The notes beneath the pieces were generated by a model, which did not search any database, was not told where the DNA came from, and saw nothing but the letters and a program-made list of their open reading frames with translations. Below are positions 63,665-64,000 of a stretch of DNA of 64,000 nucleotides, piece by piece. Each line of letters opens with the position of its first letter. Position 1 is the stretch's first letter. The position numbers and the translations under genes were made by a program. This stretch comes from Octopus sinensis (lineage: Eukaryota), in NCBI RefSeq assembly GCF_006345805.1, contig NW_021832384.1, forward strand, positions 62,001 through 126,000, given 5' to 3'.

Positions 63665-64000
63665 GTAAAAAATATACATCTTTTCCTTCTCTTCTTCCTC
63701 CAATCCTCCTCATCTTCCCTCTTCCTTTGCTTCCCTTCCCCTCTTACTCCTTTCTCCATTGCTTCCTTTCTCTCCCCTCCTCTTCCTCTGCATCTTCTCT
63801 TCCTTCTCCCTTCCTCCTCTCCTTTCTTTTGTCTTTCTCCTCTCTACTTCTTTCCCATCACCACCACTGCAACCAATTTTGCATCTATTTTGTTTTATGT
63901 TACCATGGGTTTCATGGGTCTGTAGTAGTATAGCAGCTCTCTGTATTTCAGTCCCATGTCACTATATCTTTTGTAAAGCTCTACATTCTTAATGATTTAC

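Overview
Eukaryotic, AT-rich, repeat-dense genomic DNA. The repeat families and (TA)n/(CA)n load point to a cephalopod, probably Octopus (inference). The + strand carries the 5' part of a WDHD1 (AND-1/Ctf4) orthologue: nine phase-consistent GT-AG coding exons from 38129 to 63664, continuing past the window. A palindromic E2F-type site lies just upstream of its ATG. Head-to-head with it is a probable minus-strand transcription unit (strong donor at 37556, candidate exons down to about 930) whose product I cannot identify; several of its exons may be non-coding or spurious. The rest is mostly transposon-derived: tRNA-headed SINEs, 3' ends of RTE- and CR1-like LINEs, non-autonomous Helitron/Helentron elements, Tc1/mariner and hAT remnants, local duplications and microsatellites. 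The most notable observation is four sequence-unrelated type I hammerhead ribozyme motifs (35088-35140, 47275-47321, 55995-56080, 59487-59530), folded by eye, each in a short microsatellite-associated Penelope-like insert. A hierarchical ~390-bp tandem array derived from an RTE 3' UTR occupies 43.4-46.1 kb. All calls were made by eye with no searches; TE boundaries are approximate.
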